DNA from: Simkaniaceae bacterium | GTDB taxonomy: Bacteria; Chlamydiota; Chlamydiia; Chlamydiales; Simkaniaceae | Assembly: GCA_050248615.1 (NCBI GenBank) | Contig: JBFWSA010000005.1 | Span: forward strand, 11,374 to 75,373 | DNA length: 64,000 nt | Direction of reading: 5' to 3' | Position numbers and translations under genes: made by a program | Notes under the pieces: model-generated | Seen by the model: the letters and a program-made list of their open reading frames with translations, nothing else | Database searches by the model: none | Told to the model about the DNA's origin: nothing | Shown: positions 10,322-19,722 of the stretch, one piece after another | Numbering within the stretch: the first letter of the stretch is position 1 | Layout: the number at the start of each line of letters is the position of its first letter

Positions 10322-10356
10322 TATACTCAAACAACTTTTGAAGTTGGTTGAGTATA
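10322..10356. mobile_element. 35-bp collapsed mini-form of family A element
   Basis: TATACTCAAACAACTTTTGAAGTTGGTTGAGTATA, i.e. only the two outer termini fused. Confidence 0.8.
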
Positions 10357-10383
10357 ATGACCCGTCTGGAATCTATGGATCCA

Positions 10384-11003
10384 CTAAAAAGTAACTTGTG
10401 CGGCTAATGAAGTCCTGGCCGACTCCAGTTCACTCTCTACTGTGGATGAGTCATCGGGAGTCTGATCGGCATAGTTGACATTGTTGTAATACCCCATCCC
10501 AAATCCCAAGGATGTATAATAGTCGTTGCAAAAGCCAGACGATTCTCCATTCATGGTATGGATCGCATTTGTTAAGTCGGTATTGGCACTTAAGGCGGGA
10601 TAACTCGCTAAAACACTGTTTAACGCGAATTCGAGAATAGGTCTCTATGAGAAGGTTTAGATTTTTGAAGAGATTTTCAGAAAAATCTGCGAAAGAGATA
10701 GCCAAAGCGCTATCTTCGAGCAGTTTTGCCTGGAAAGATCACAAAAAGATAGACGTTCTCATAGAGATCTAATCCCGAATTTGCGTTGTTTAGCCTATTG
10801 AGTGCCTCTCCGATCACCAGTCCGACATTATTGCTGATCCATTCTGTTTTTTCGTAGGAATGGCCATCTCCTGCATCGATTAAATGATCTCCTAGAGACT
10901 TCCGATTCGCCCAAGCTTGTTTAAAGGCGCTTTCCGCATCAGATAGTTGCCCTTCTGCTGCATAGTATTTCTGTAATACTGGTGGTGGTAGTGGTTGTGA
11001 CAT
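10384..11003 (-). pseudogene. Hypothetical gene (149 aa when rebuilt) interrupted by a palindromic element
   Basis: ATG at 11003 (MSQPLPPP...EALNRL). Removing 10623..10792 gives an in-frame continuation NSVLASYPALSANTDLT...AAQVTF* ending at 10384. Confidence 0.65.
10621..10788 (+). mobile_element. Palindromic MITE-like element family E (TAACGCG termini)
   Basis: TAACGCGAATTCGAGAATAGGTCTCTATGAGAA / TTCTCATAGAGATCTAATCCCGAATTTGCGTT. The core (GAGATAGCCAAAGCGCTATCTTCGAGCAG) is shared with 53190..53357. Confidence 0.88.
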
Positions 11004-11518
11004 GTGAAATCCCCCATACGGTATGTTTCGTTCCAAAAAAAAATGCCAGCTGGATCAAAAGACCCAACTGACACCAAAAAAAGGGAAGGTACAAAGTTCT
11101 TTTCGTGCGCTTTGAGCGCGTACTGGTCGTGGTCGTAGCATCCGTTATTCTACCGTTGTCGCTTTAGTTTGAGTTGCTAACGATTGAGAACTAAATCTGT
11201 GTTGGGAAATAAAGGAAAGAACGTGATGTTGAAACCCCTTAAAACCCCATTAGTTCACAAACGTTAATACTCAAAAAGAGCTTGTTTCTGGTAACTATTC
11301 GCTTTCTGTTATTAACTTGTGATAATCTCTCTTTCTAAATGTAATTATAACAAAATTTAATTTATTTTTAAAATATATTTATAAAATATTTTTTAAACAG
11401 CTTAAAACAAACAATTTAAGTCGATTTACTATTAAAATAAAATCTTAAGACTGCATTAAATAAATGATCTATCTTATTGTTAATGAATAGTTTAAAATAA
11501 GCCCTTAAACTTCAAGAA

Positions 11519-12673
11519 TTAAGAGCTCTTATAAATATAACGTGGGCGAACAATAGGAGTCCCTTTCCCCTCTCTGGCCTCACAACGCTCATAAACGATC
11601 TGAATGGCAATCCCTACAGAGCGAGCCAGGCCAAATAAAACCGTATAATAATCAGAATAGGGAAATCCTGCGGCTGAAAGGAGGGTTCCCGACATGGCAT
11701 CGACATTGGGATAGGGGTTGGAGATCTTTGGGTTCTCTTTGAGAACCTTAGGCCCTTCAGTACGCAAAAGGAGGGCCACTTTGACAAGAGGATCATCAGG
11801 GAAATGCTCAGACGCATAGTCATAAAAGATCGTTGCCCGGGCATCTTCTGCGCGGAGAACAGCATGACCAAAACCATAAACCAGTTGATTCGACTGGAGA
11901 CGCTTCCGAATCAAACTTTCGACTGCTGCAGCCGTAGGATTATCTCCCACTTCTTCTAAAACAGTATGCACAAAAGTGAGGCAATCCTGATTGGCTTTTC
12001 CATGGCGCGGTCCGGCTAGTCCGCACATTGCCGCACAAATGGAGCCATACATCCCCTCGAGTCCAGAAGCAACAGCTTTCCCCACAAATGTCGACAGATT
12101 CCCCCCTCCATGATCGTAATGGAGGATATTAAATAAACGGAAAACTTCTGCCAACTTCTCTTTTTCAATATCTGGAGCTTGCAACATATAAGCAAAATTT
12201 TCCATGTATCCCATCCCTGCATTCGGAGCCGGAGTATCGCCCCATCCTGCGTGGTAATTGATCACAGCAGCGACTAAGTGTGGAAGTTTAGCAATGAGAT
12301 TCAAGCAGTCTTCTTTATAGTCCCCTTGACCTTCAAGCATTCCTAAAATCAAAATTGCAGCGGTAAAAAGCTTCATCGGGTGCCCTTGTCTAGGAAGAGA
12401 CTCGATGTGCTTAATCACAGCTTGAGAGCAGTGAGCCCGTTTCTTGAGTTCTTGACTGAAATGGGTAATATCTTGAGCACTCCCCTCTTTTCCGTAATAA
12501 AGGAGAAAAAGAACGCGTTCGGGTTCCCATAAATAGAGTTCAGAAATCGGCTTACCTCGATAAAACAGTCCCTTAATCGGGTCCACATAGGAGGTGGTGC
12601 AATATCCAACAGGATATCCACGCATTCCAGTTTCTAATTGGTCTTTAGTGACTTGAAATAGTATCTCTTCCAT
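11519..12673 (-). CDS. gltA: Citrate synthase
   Basis: DHGGGNLS, GPRHGKAN, YGFGHAVLR and YPNVD. Confidence 0.93.
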   Translation of the reverse strand: MEEILFQVTKDQLETGMRGYPVGYCTTSYVDPIKGLFYRGKPISELYLWEPERVLFLLYYGKEGSAQDITHFSQELKKRAHCSQAVIKHIESLPRQGHPMKLFTAAILILGMLEGQGDYKEDCLNLIAKLPHLVAAVINYHAGWGDTPAPNAGMGYMENFAYMLQAPDIEKEKLAEVFRLFNILHYDHGGGNLSTFVGKAVASGLEGMYGSICAAMCGLAGPRHGKANQDCLTFVHTVLEEVGDNPTAAAVESLIRKRLQSNQLVYGFGHAVLRAEDARATIFYDYASEHFPDDPLVKVALLLRTEGPKVLKENPKISNPYPNVDAMSGTLLSAAGFPYSDYYTVLFGLARSVGIAIQIVYERCEAREGKGTPIVRPRYIYKSS

Positions 12674-12680
12674 ATGGACC

Positions 12681-13658
12681 TCATTTTAACAAGTGCTTAA
12701 CAGCATCTCTTTCTTCTAAAAGCTCTTTTTCCGTTAGGGCAATTTTCTCTTTCATCAAAGGATCCCACTCAAAATCCTCTACAATTTCTACCTTTCCAGG
12801 ATGCGTCATTTTACAAGGGAAAGAAAAGATCAGTCCCTCTTGAATACCATAAGGATTTCCATCGGAAGGAATGCAGGAAGAAAAAACTTTAGCGCTTTTA
12901 TGATAGAGGGCTCCCACACCATCTAAAATCGCATTGGCTGCAGACCCCGCAGAAGATTTCCCTCGCGCATTGATCACAGCAGCTCCCCTTTTCTGTACGG
13001 TTTCCACGAATTCTTTTTCGAGCCATTTGCGATCGGTAATCACATCTGTTACTTTTTTCCCCTGAATTTTTGCATTGAGAAAATCGGGAACTTGCGTTGC
13101 CGAATGATTTCCCCAAATCACAACATTGTCTACCACATCAACAGAAACGCCCGCTTTCTTTGCAAGTTGAAATTGAGCCCGATTTTGGTCGAGGCGGGTC
13201 ATTGCATGAAACTGACTATTGGGAATATCTGGAGCATTATGCATCGCAATTAAGCAGTTTGTGTTGCAGGGATTCCCCACAACAAAAACAAGAACATCTT
13301 TGGCTGCAGCCTTGTTGAGAGCCTGTCCTTGTCCGACAAAAATTTTTCCATTGTCTGTCAGGAGATCTTTACGCTCCATCCCAGGTCCTCGGGGTTTGGC
13401 TCCTACAAGAATTGCCACATTTACATCGCCAAAAACCTCTTCGGGATCACTCCCCACTTTTACCTCTTTAAGGTGGGGAAACCCACAATCTTCCAATTCC
13501 ATGACAACCCCTTTTAAGCTCTCAATAGCTTGGGGTACTTCAAGAATATGGAGAGCAATAGGCTCACTCTTACCAAAAAGTTCTCCGCTAGCAATACGGA
13601 AAAGGAGGCTATAAGCAATTTGTCCGCCCCCTCCTGTCACTGCGATCCTTCTGACCAT
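12681..13658 (-). CDS. mdh: Malate dehydrogenase
   Basis: [33 protein letters not shown] and WGNHS. Confidence 0.97.
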   Translation of the reverse strand: MVRRIAVTGGGGQIAYSLLFRIASGELFGKSEPIALHILEVPQAIESLKGVVMELEDCGFPHLKEVKVGSDPEEVFGDVNVAILVGAKPRGPGMERKDLLTDNGKIFVGQGQALNKAAAKDVLVFVVGNPCNTNCLIAMHNAPDIPNSQFHAMTRLDQNRAQFQLAKKAGVSVDVVDNVVIWGNHSATQVPDFLNAKIQGKKVTDVITDRKWLEKEFVETVQKRGAAVINARGKSSAGSAANAILDGVGALYHKSAKVFSSCIPSDGNPYGIQEGLIFSFPCKMTHPGKVEIVEDFEWDPLMKEKIALTEKELLEERDAVKHLLK

Positions 13659-13764
13659 GTAAAAAAACTCCTCTAACTCAATAACCCTATTTAAATCTTT
13701 ATATCGATATACTACAAGGGAAAATTGGTTTTTTTAAACCTCCTATTTTGGTAGGATCAGGAGT

Positions 13765-14619
13765 ATGAAAAAGCAAGATTTTATTCTGAACCTTTCTTGT
13801 CCTGATCGTGTGGGGATTGTTGCCGGTGTTACCAGTGCCTTGGCAGAGATGGGGCTCTTTCTTTTAGAGCTTTCTCAATATAGCGATCCTTCGACAGGAC
13901 AATTTTTTATGCGCATCCATTTTGAAACAACAAAAGCAATCTCTGAAGAGGATATCATAAAAAATTTCGAAAAAGTCGCTACACCCTTTTCAATCACATG
14001 GGAACTCCATGACACCCTCTACCGTCCCCGTGTTCTCATCATGGTTTCGCAGCACAGTCACTGTTTTAACGATCTTTTACACCGTTGGGCTTCTGGCACC
14101 CTCCCCATCGAAATCGTAGGGGTCGTTTCGAATCATGAGGATCTCAAGCATATGGCCACTTGGTATCAAGTTCCCTTCCACCATATGCCCATTACACCCC
14201 AGAATAAGGGAGAACAAGAGGCTAAACTACTCAAACTTATCGAAGAAGAAGCCATCGATCTCGTCATTTTAGCCCGTTATATGCAGATCCTTTCAGACAA
14301 AATATGCAATAGACTCCATGGAAAAGTGATCAATATCCACCACTCCTTTCTCCCTAGCTTTAAAGGAGCTAAGCCTTACCACCAAGCCTTTGAGCGGGGG
14401 GTGAAAATCATTGGGGCCACTGCCCACTACGTTACAGCCGATCTAGATGAAGGGCCTATCATCGATCAAGAGACTATCCGTGTTCGTCATGATCACACCC
14501 CCAAACAACTCGTTCAACTCGGTTGCGACGTTGAATGTCAAGTCCTTGCTAGAGCTGTCAAGTGGCACATTGAGCAGCGCGTGATTATCAATCAACATAA
14601 AACTGTTGTCTTCAACTAA
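13765..14619 (+). CDS. purU: Formyltetrahydrofolate deformylase
   Basis: ACT domain (CPDRVGIV), INIHHSFLPSFKGAKPYHQA and GATAHYVT..LDEGPII. Confidence 0.97.
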   Translation: MKKQDFILNLSCPDRVGIVAGVTSALAEMGLFLLELSQYSDPSTGQFFMRIHFETTKAISEEDIIKNFEKVATPFSITWELHDTLYRPRVLIMVSQHSHCFNDLLHRWASGTLPIEIVGVVSNHEDLKHMATWYQVPFHHMPITPQNKGEQEAKLLKLIEEEAIDLVILARYMQILSDKICNRLHGKVINIHHSFLPSFKGAKPYHQAFERGVKIIGATAHYVTADLDEGPIIDQETIRVRHDHTPKQLVQLGCDVECQVLARAVKWHIEQRVIINQHKTVVFN

Positions 14620-14661
14620 CCTTCCTATTATGGATTAAATTATGAAAGCTTTCGCGTTGCC

Positions 14662-14825
14662 TATACTCAAACAACTTCAAAAGTTGGTTTTGGGCTAGCG
14701 CGAAAGCTTTCGGAATTCGTCGATCTTAAATGACCTAATATTAGAAATATGAGGTCATTTAAGATCGGCAAATTACGGTGCTTTGGCACAGCCGAAAATC
14801 CAACTTTTGAAGTTGTTTGAGTATA
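14662..14825 (+). mobile_element. Palindromic MITE-like element family A (164 bp), nested in an older family A remnant
   Basis: 26-bp perfect terminal inverted repeat TATACTCAAACAACTTCAAAAGTTGG. The flanks GAAAGCTTTCGCGTTGCC and AAACCAACTTTTGAAGT are themselves family A sequence. Confidence 0.93.
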
Positions 14826-14878
14826 AAACCAACTTTTGAAGTTTTTGAATCGTAAATCCTTTAACTCGAGATAGGTTC

Positions 14879-15364
14879 ATGGAAGGGAAAACACCTGCAG
14901 TCACTGCAATTCATGATCATACTTACCGGATCTTTCCCAATGACCTGAACGCGCAAGGGACGGTCTTTGGAGGGCTCATCATGGCAGAAGCCGATCGCTT
15001 AGCCCATATCGTGGCGGAAAGACATAGCAGCCGGATCTGCGTGACGGCTTCGGTCGACTCTATTGTCTTTCATGCCCCAGCAGGGCATGGAGATAATTTA
15101 ATTTTCCAAACCTCCATCAACCGTTCTTGGCATAGCTCGATGGAAGTCGGGGTAAAAGTCACCGCTGAAGAACGCCTGACATTAGAGCGCAAGCATATTG
15201 CCTCAGCCTATCTCACCTTTGTTGCTTTAAATGATCATGGCAAGCCTGTCTCCGTACCACCTGTCCTTCCTGAATCTGAAGAGGAAAAGCGTCGCTTCAA
15301 TGAAGCAGATTTGCGCAGAAAAAACCGGATTTCTCTTAAAAAACAAAAATTAGAACTTAGCTAG
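14879..15364 (+). CDS. Acyl-CoA thioesterase (YciA-like hotdog fold)
   Basis: IFPNDLNAQGTVFGG, SSMEVGVKV and AYLTFVAL. Confidence 0.92.
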   Translation: MEGKTPAVTAIHDHTYRIFPNDLNAQGTVFGGLIMAEADRLAHIVAERHSSRICVTASVDSIVFHAPAGHGDNLIFQTSINRSWHSSMEVGVKVTAEERLTLERKHIASAYLTFVALNDHGKPVSVPPVLPESEEEKRRFNEADLRRKNRISLKKQKLELS

Positions 15365-15365
15365 A

Positions 15366-15520
15366 TAGTGTCGTCATGAGATGGACATTTAAGAAGTGGC
15401 TCCTATGAGGAAATTTCAAGGCGACCGATGGAGAAAGCCTAAATGGGGCTTTTGAAGCAGGTCAACGATGAAATTTTCCATAGGAGCCACTTCTTAAATG
15501 TCCATCTCATGACGACACTA
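15366..15520. mobile_element. Palindromic MITE-like element, TAGTG..CGTCATGA termini (155 bp)
   Basis: 42-bp perfect inverted repeat TAGTGTCGTCATGAGATGGACATTTAAGAAGTGGCTCCTATG, TA-bounded. Confidence 0.88.
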
Positions 15521-15533
15521 TCTAAGACCCCTT

Positions 15534-15697
15534 GAACCTATCCAGTATTTAAGATATTTTTTTATTCCACGCTTTTTGGCATCTTTTCCATTTTCATTTT
15601 GACCTCTTGTCTCATGGACAATGTGATCAAAATGAAAATGGAAAGTCTGTTCAAAAATCGAAGAAATCAAATAAATCCTTAAATACTGGATAGGTTC
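15534..15697. mobile_element. Palindromic element family D (GAACCTATCC termini)
   Basis: GAACCTATCCAGTATTTAAG / CTTAAATACTGGATAGGTTC, flanked TT...TT. The apical core is related to 55019..55181 in the opposite orientation. Confidence 0.8.
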
Positions 15698-17046
15698 TTG
15701 ATAAAAGGCCAACTTTTAGAAAACAGCATCATATCAAAGTAAACCCCGTTATCCCAAAACTGGTGATTTGTTATGCTTGTTTTTAGCTGAGCCATGACGC
15801 TATTTCCATCATCTTCATGGTCTATATAACTCTCCATAATGGCTTGCCCTACTTGGATTAAATGGGCAAGAGTCTCTCCATGCAAGCTCGTAAAGCCAGC
15901 ATTTTCTAACCCTTGCAAAGCGACAAGATAAGCACCTACCGTAGCAAATTGATTCCGATCTCCAAAAATGCTCACTCCATTGTTACCAAACCAGCTTGGA
16001 TTAGGATCATAATGGATGGTAATTGTCCCTGCATTAAAGGCAGCTTCCATAACAGCGTTTAATAAATCTCCTGCATCTTTATAAAAGGAAGACCCTTTGT
16101 GATCTGAATTAGAAAGGAAGTTTCCAAGATACAAGATCGATCGAACAAGGGAAGCATTGTTATCGGGAGTTCCTTGATTTGTAGCTAAATCCTGAGCAGC
16201 ATTCAGTTCATGCGCAATATAGCTCAGGGTTGCTTTTTGAATTTTTTCCCCTTCAAGGGTTTTCCCCTTCTGATTGCAATAGTCAATAATGGTTTGAACT
16301 GCATCAAAATCAACATAATCGTAAAAAACCCCCATCGGATTGTTCCAAACGGTGTCATTAGCCCCCCAGTGATTGCCTGGAGTCCATTCTCCACTTGCGG
16401 TGATATCTCCATTCACAAGTCCTTCAATCCCCTTATCGATAAGAGGTGTTAAAAAATCTGCTAGCGTTTCAAAAACAGAAGCTCCTTGGATCAGAGCACC
16501 TAGTGCCATAATATCTGCGTCCAATGCAGACCCTTTATCAACAATGGAAACTTGACATCCCGATGTTACATTATAGGCCCAAGGAATAAGTCCATCATCA
16601 AGCCCTTGGTTAGCAAGAAAAGCATATCCATTTGCTAAACCCGTAAAAAGTTCTTGATTTAGCGAACTTATACTCAAACAACTTCAAAAGTTGGTTTTGG
16701 GCTAGCGCGAAAGCTTTCGAAATTCGTCGATCTTAAACGACCTAATATTAGAAATATGAGGTCATTTAAGATCGGCAAATTACGGTGCTTTGGCGCAGCC
16801 GAAAATCCAACTTTTGAAGTTGTTTGAGTATACAGCATAACTGAGCATCATCCCCATCGCTTCAGACGTACAGTTACTTTGACCATTTCCCCCAACCGGA
16901 AATATTCCGCTTGTCGTACTTTGACAAAGAGTCGTTTGATTCACAACGATTTCCTCAGCAAAAGGAAAGGGATGATAGTCATAAGAAAACAGAAGTGCTT
17001 GAGTACATAGAAAAAGATAAAAAGATAATTTTTTGTTTCGTAACAT
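15679..17046 (-). pseudogene. Secreted GH8-like glycoside hydrolase, split by a family A element
   Basis: ORFs 16780..17046 and 15679..16677 are in the same frame. The rebuilt junction reads TSEAMGMMLSYAVSSLNQELFTGL, followed by GLIPW and SALDADIMALGALI, matching GH8 catalytic-region patterns. Has a signal peptide. Confidence 0.65.
16669..16832 (+). mobile_element. Palindromic MITE-like element family A (164 bp), intragenic
   Basis: Near-identical to 14662..14825, with the TA duplicated inside a CDS. Confidence 0.95.
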
Positions 17047-17167
17047 GAATAAAGCCTAAGTTTGAATCGAATACATGAGGAAAGCATTTGGATAAAAAGA
17101 ATTGTTGTCAACACTATCAGAAGTTTTGGGGTTCTCAATAACCCTTCAATTTTCTATAATCCTAATC

Positions 17168-17431
17168 ATGTTAGAAATTGCCCAAATTAAAAATGCTATT
17201 TTAGAAATCGTGAGAGATGCGGATGTGAAAATTACCAATCCTCCGCGTGACGGATTGCACTTTGAAGCTATCGTGATCTCTTCTCTATTTGAAGGAAAGA
17301 GTTTAGTCGAGCAACACCAACTGGTGATGAATGCTCTAAAAGACTTATTTAGTACCACCCTCCATGCTCTGAGTCTAAAAACCTATACCCCCAAGGAATG
17401 GAATCGTGAGAGACATTCAACAAGAAATTAA
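17168..17431 (+). CDS. BolA/IbaG family protein
   Basis: HFEAIVISSLFEGKSLVEQHQLV and LHALSLKTYTP. Confidence 0.92.
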   Translation: MLEIAQIKNAILEIVRDADVKITNPPRDGLHFEAIVISSLFEGKSLVEQHQLVMNALKDLFSTTLHALSLKTYTPKEWNRERHSTRN

Positions 17432-17714
17432 AAATGCTATTGCATCCTACCCTGTCATTTTATTCATGAAGGGTTCTAAGCAAATGCCCCTATGTGGTTT
17501 TTCTGCCCGCGTTGTCGACGTTTTATGTCGCTTTGCGATCGATTTTGAAACGCGCGATGTTTTGAAAGATGACCTTTTACGACAAGGCATCAAAGACTAT
17601 TCGAACTGGCCCACACTTCCTCAGCTTTACATTCAAGGAAAGTTTATTGGAGGGTGCGATATTGTGATGGAGCTCTATGCCAATGGCAAGCTCCAAGAAC
17701 TTTTAGGAGGCTAA
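17406..17714 (+). CDS. grxD: Monothiol glutaredoxin (Grx4)
   Basis: CGFS, WPTLPQLY and GGCD motifs, adjacent to bolA. Confidence 0.95.
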   Translation: MRDIQQEIKNAIASYPVILFMKGSKQMPLCGFSARVVDVLCRFAIDFETRDVLKDDLLRQGIKDYSNWPTLPQLYIQGKFIGGCDIVMELYANGKLQELLGG

Positions 17715-17715
17715 C

Positions 17716-17952
17716 ATGGGAAAGTCTATTGAAGGGTATGCCCCCATCGCCCCTCAACCTCAGCGCAATGCCCTTAAACGAACCGATTGTTGTTCTTTGA
17801 GAATGATGCTTCAGTTTGGAACCTATATTCTTAATCAAGGACTCCCCTTTCAAAACGTTAAATCGACTGTCTGTTCTTCTTGTAGAAAGTGGGAAATTAA
17901 AACCTATGGCAACCGCCGACTCAATCATTTGTTCATGGGGGAGCAACCCTAA
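17716..17952 (+). CDS. Small hypothetical protein (Cys-containing)
   Basis: AGGAGG RBS, and it fills the gap between grxD and mscS almost exactly. No family recognised. Confidence 0.5.
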   Translation: MGKSIEGYAPIAPQPQRNALKRTDCCSLRMMLQFGTYILNQGLPFQNVKSTVCSSCRKWEIKTYGNRRLNHLFMGEQP

Positions 17953-17956
17953 GCTT

Positions 17957-19051
17957 ATGGATGATCCGACGAGTGAACTTTCAGATCTTTTTCTTCACCG
18001 AGGATGGGTGATCCCTGTTGTGATCATCTTAAGTCTAACTCTTGTTGTGCACTTTTTGATCAGTCGGTTTTACAATCGCGTCTATTCTCGATTAGAAAAA
18101 ACCCATTTAACTTGGGACTCGGCTCTACTCAAAGCCTTGATTCGTCCTTTAAAAGTGATGGTCTGGATTTTTGGCCTAACTTTTTCGATTCAACTGCTTG
18201 CTTTTCACTTTGAAAAAGATAGTTTAATCGAACTCTTTCGCCCTTTTCGTAACTTCTCGTTTGTGGTAGTCATCCTCTGGTTTTCCCTCCGATTTATCAA
18301 AAATATGGAGGTCGATTGTATACGAGAGCAAAGAGAACAGAAGAAAAAGTATGATAAAACAACGGTTCGCGCCATCTGCCAAATTTCACGCATTGTGGTG
18401 GTTTTAATCGCCACTCTCGTCTACTTACAAACCCGCAATGTCAATATCTCTGCTGTCCTTGCTTTTGGGGGAGCTGGAGGTTTGATTGTGGGTTTAGCCG
18501 CAAAAGATCTCCTCGCCAATTTCTTTGGAGGGCTGATGATCTACCTCGATCGCCCCTTTTCTGTGGGTGATTGGATCCGCTCCCCCGATCGTGAGATCGA
18601 AGGGTATGTCGAAAATATTGGGTGGAGACTCACCCGCATCCGTACCTTTTCTAAGCGCCCTATCTATGTTCCGAATGGGATATTTTCCAATATTTCTGTA
18701 GAAAACCCCTCCCGTATGTCTAATCGACAGATCAAAACTCATGTGGGGATCCGCTACGCAGATGCTTCTAAGATGGGATTGATTCAACGGGAAGTCGAAG
18801 AGATGATTCGCAGCGACCCTGAAATCGATACCGATAAATTTTTAATGGTCCGCTTTGATGAGTTTGGTCCCTCTTCTCTCAATTTCTTGATCTACTGCTT
18901 CACAAAAACGACCAAGTGGGCAGACTACATGCTCGTGCAACAAAATATCTACCTAAAAACTATTGAGATTATCGAAAAACATGGCGCAGAGTGCGCTTTC
19001 CCCACCACCACACTCCACATTCCCGATGGGATCTCCCTCAAGCAACAATGA
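17957..19051 (+). CDS. MscS family mechanosensitive channel
   Basis: GLAAKDLLANFFGG, DRPFSVGDWI and IGWRLTRIRTF. Start taken at ATG 17957. Confidence 0.92.
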   Translation: MDDPTSELSDLFLHRGWVIPVVIILSLTLVVHFLISRFYNRVYSRLEKTHLTWDSALLKALIRPLKVMVWIFGLTFSIQLLAFHFEKDSLIELFRPFRNFSFVVVILWFSLRFIKNMEVDCIREQREQKKKYDKTTVRAICQISRIVVVLIATLVYLQTRNVNISAVLAFGGAGGLIVGLAAKDLLANFFGGLMIYLDRPFSVGDWIRSPDREIEGYVENIGWRLTRIRTFSKRPIYVPNGIFSNISVENPSRMSNRQIKTHVGIRYADASKMGLIQREVEEMIRSDPEIDTDKFLMVRFDEFGPSSLNFLIYCFTKTTKWADYMLVQQNIYLKTIEIIEKHGAECAFPTTTLHIPDGISLKQQ

Positions 19052-19722
19052 ATGAAGTCTACTTTATTTTTCACATTGTTTTGCTTGTTAGCTTCATCTT
19101 CTTAGCTCTTAGGCTTGGGAAGGAGGCTCTCATGAGCTGCTTTGCTATCCAAGTCATATTAGCTAATCTGTTTGTGATTAAGCAGATGGTATGCTTCGGT
19201 CTTCATGTCACATGTGCAGATGTCTATAGCATTGGAGCCCTTTTCTCCCTGAACTTACTTCAGGAATATTATGGAAAAAGATGCGCCAAAAAAACGATTT
19301 GGACGGTCTTTTTTCTCCTTTTTTTCTTCATTATTATGTCCCAAATGCACCTACTGTATCGCCCCTCTGAGTTCGACATAATGCATCGGGCTTATGTGGC
19401 AATTTTAGGATACGCCCCACGCATTATGCTCTCCTCCTTTTTTGTCGCCCTTTTCACCCAAAAACTCGATGTGGAACTCTTTGGATTTCTCAAAAAAAAG
19501 CTCTTAGGAAAAGGGTTACTCTTCCGTTTTGGAGGAGTTTCAATCCTCACACAACTACTCGATACGGTTCTTTTTAGCTTCCTTGCGCTCTATGGGATTG
19601 TACATAGCCTGGGAGATATCATCGTGATGAGCTACCTCATCAAAGTGATTGTGATCCTCTGCATCGCCCCTTTTACAACTTTAGCCAAACGTTTGGTTCG
19701 CCATGACCCCCTTCAAATTTGA
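19048..19722 (+). CDS. yhhQ: Queuosine precursor/queuine transporter (YhhQ, Vut_1)
   Basis: ANLFVIKQ, EYYGK and QLLDTVLFS motifs. Overlaps tgt. Confidence 0.85.
   Translation: MNEVYFIFHIVLLVSFIFLALRLGKEALMSCFAIQVILANLFVIKQMVCFGLHVTCADVYSIGALFSLNLLQEYYGKRCAKKTIWTVFFLLFFFIIMSQMHLLYRPSEFDIMHRAYVAILGYAPRIMLSSFFVALFTQKLDVELFGFLKKKLLGKGLLFRFGGVSILTQLLDTVLFSFLALYGIVHSLGDIIVMSYLIKVIVILCIAPFTTLAKRLVRHDPLQI

Noticed and set aside
11040..11518. Long AT-rich gap as an origin, riboswitch or small gene
   Set aside because: I found no DnaA-box cluster, recognisable RNA motif or convincing ORF by eye. It is likely promoter DNA for the interrupted gene.
16669..16832. Family A as a peptide-coding in-frame insert like Rickettsia RPE-1
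   Set aside because: The frames I read through the element contain stop codons, including the frame used in the GH8-like gene.
17816..17956. N-terminal extension of MscS from TTG 17816
   Set aside because: It overlaps the preceding small ORF, and ATG 17957 follows that ORF's stop directly.
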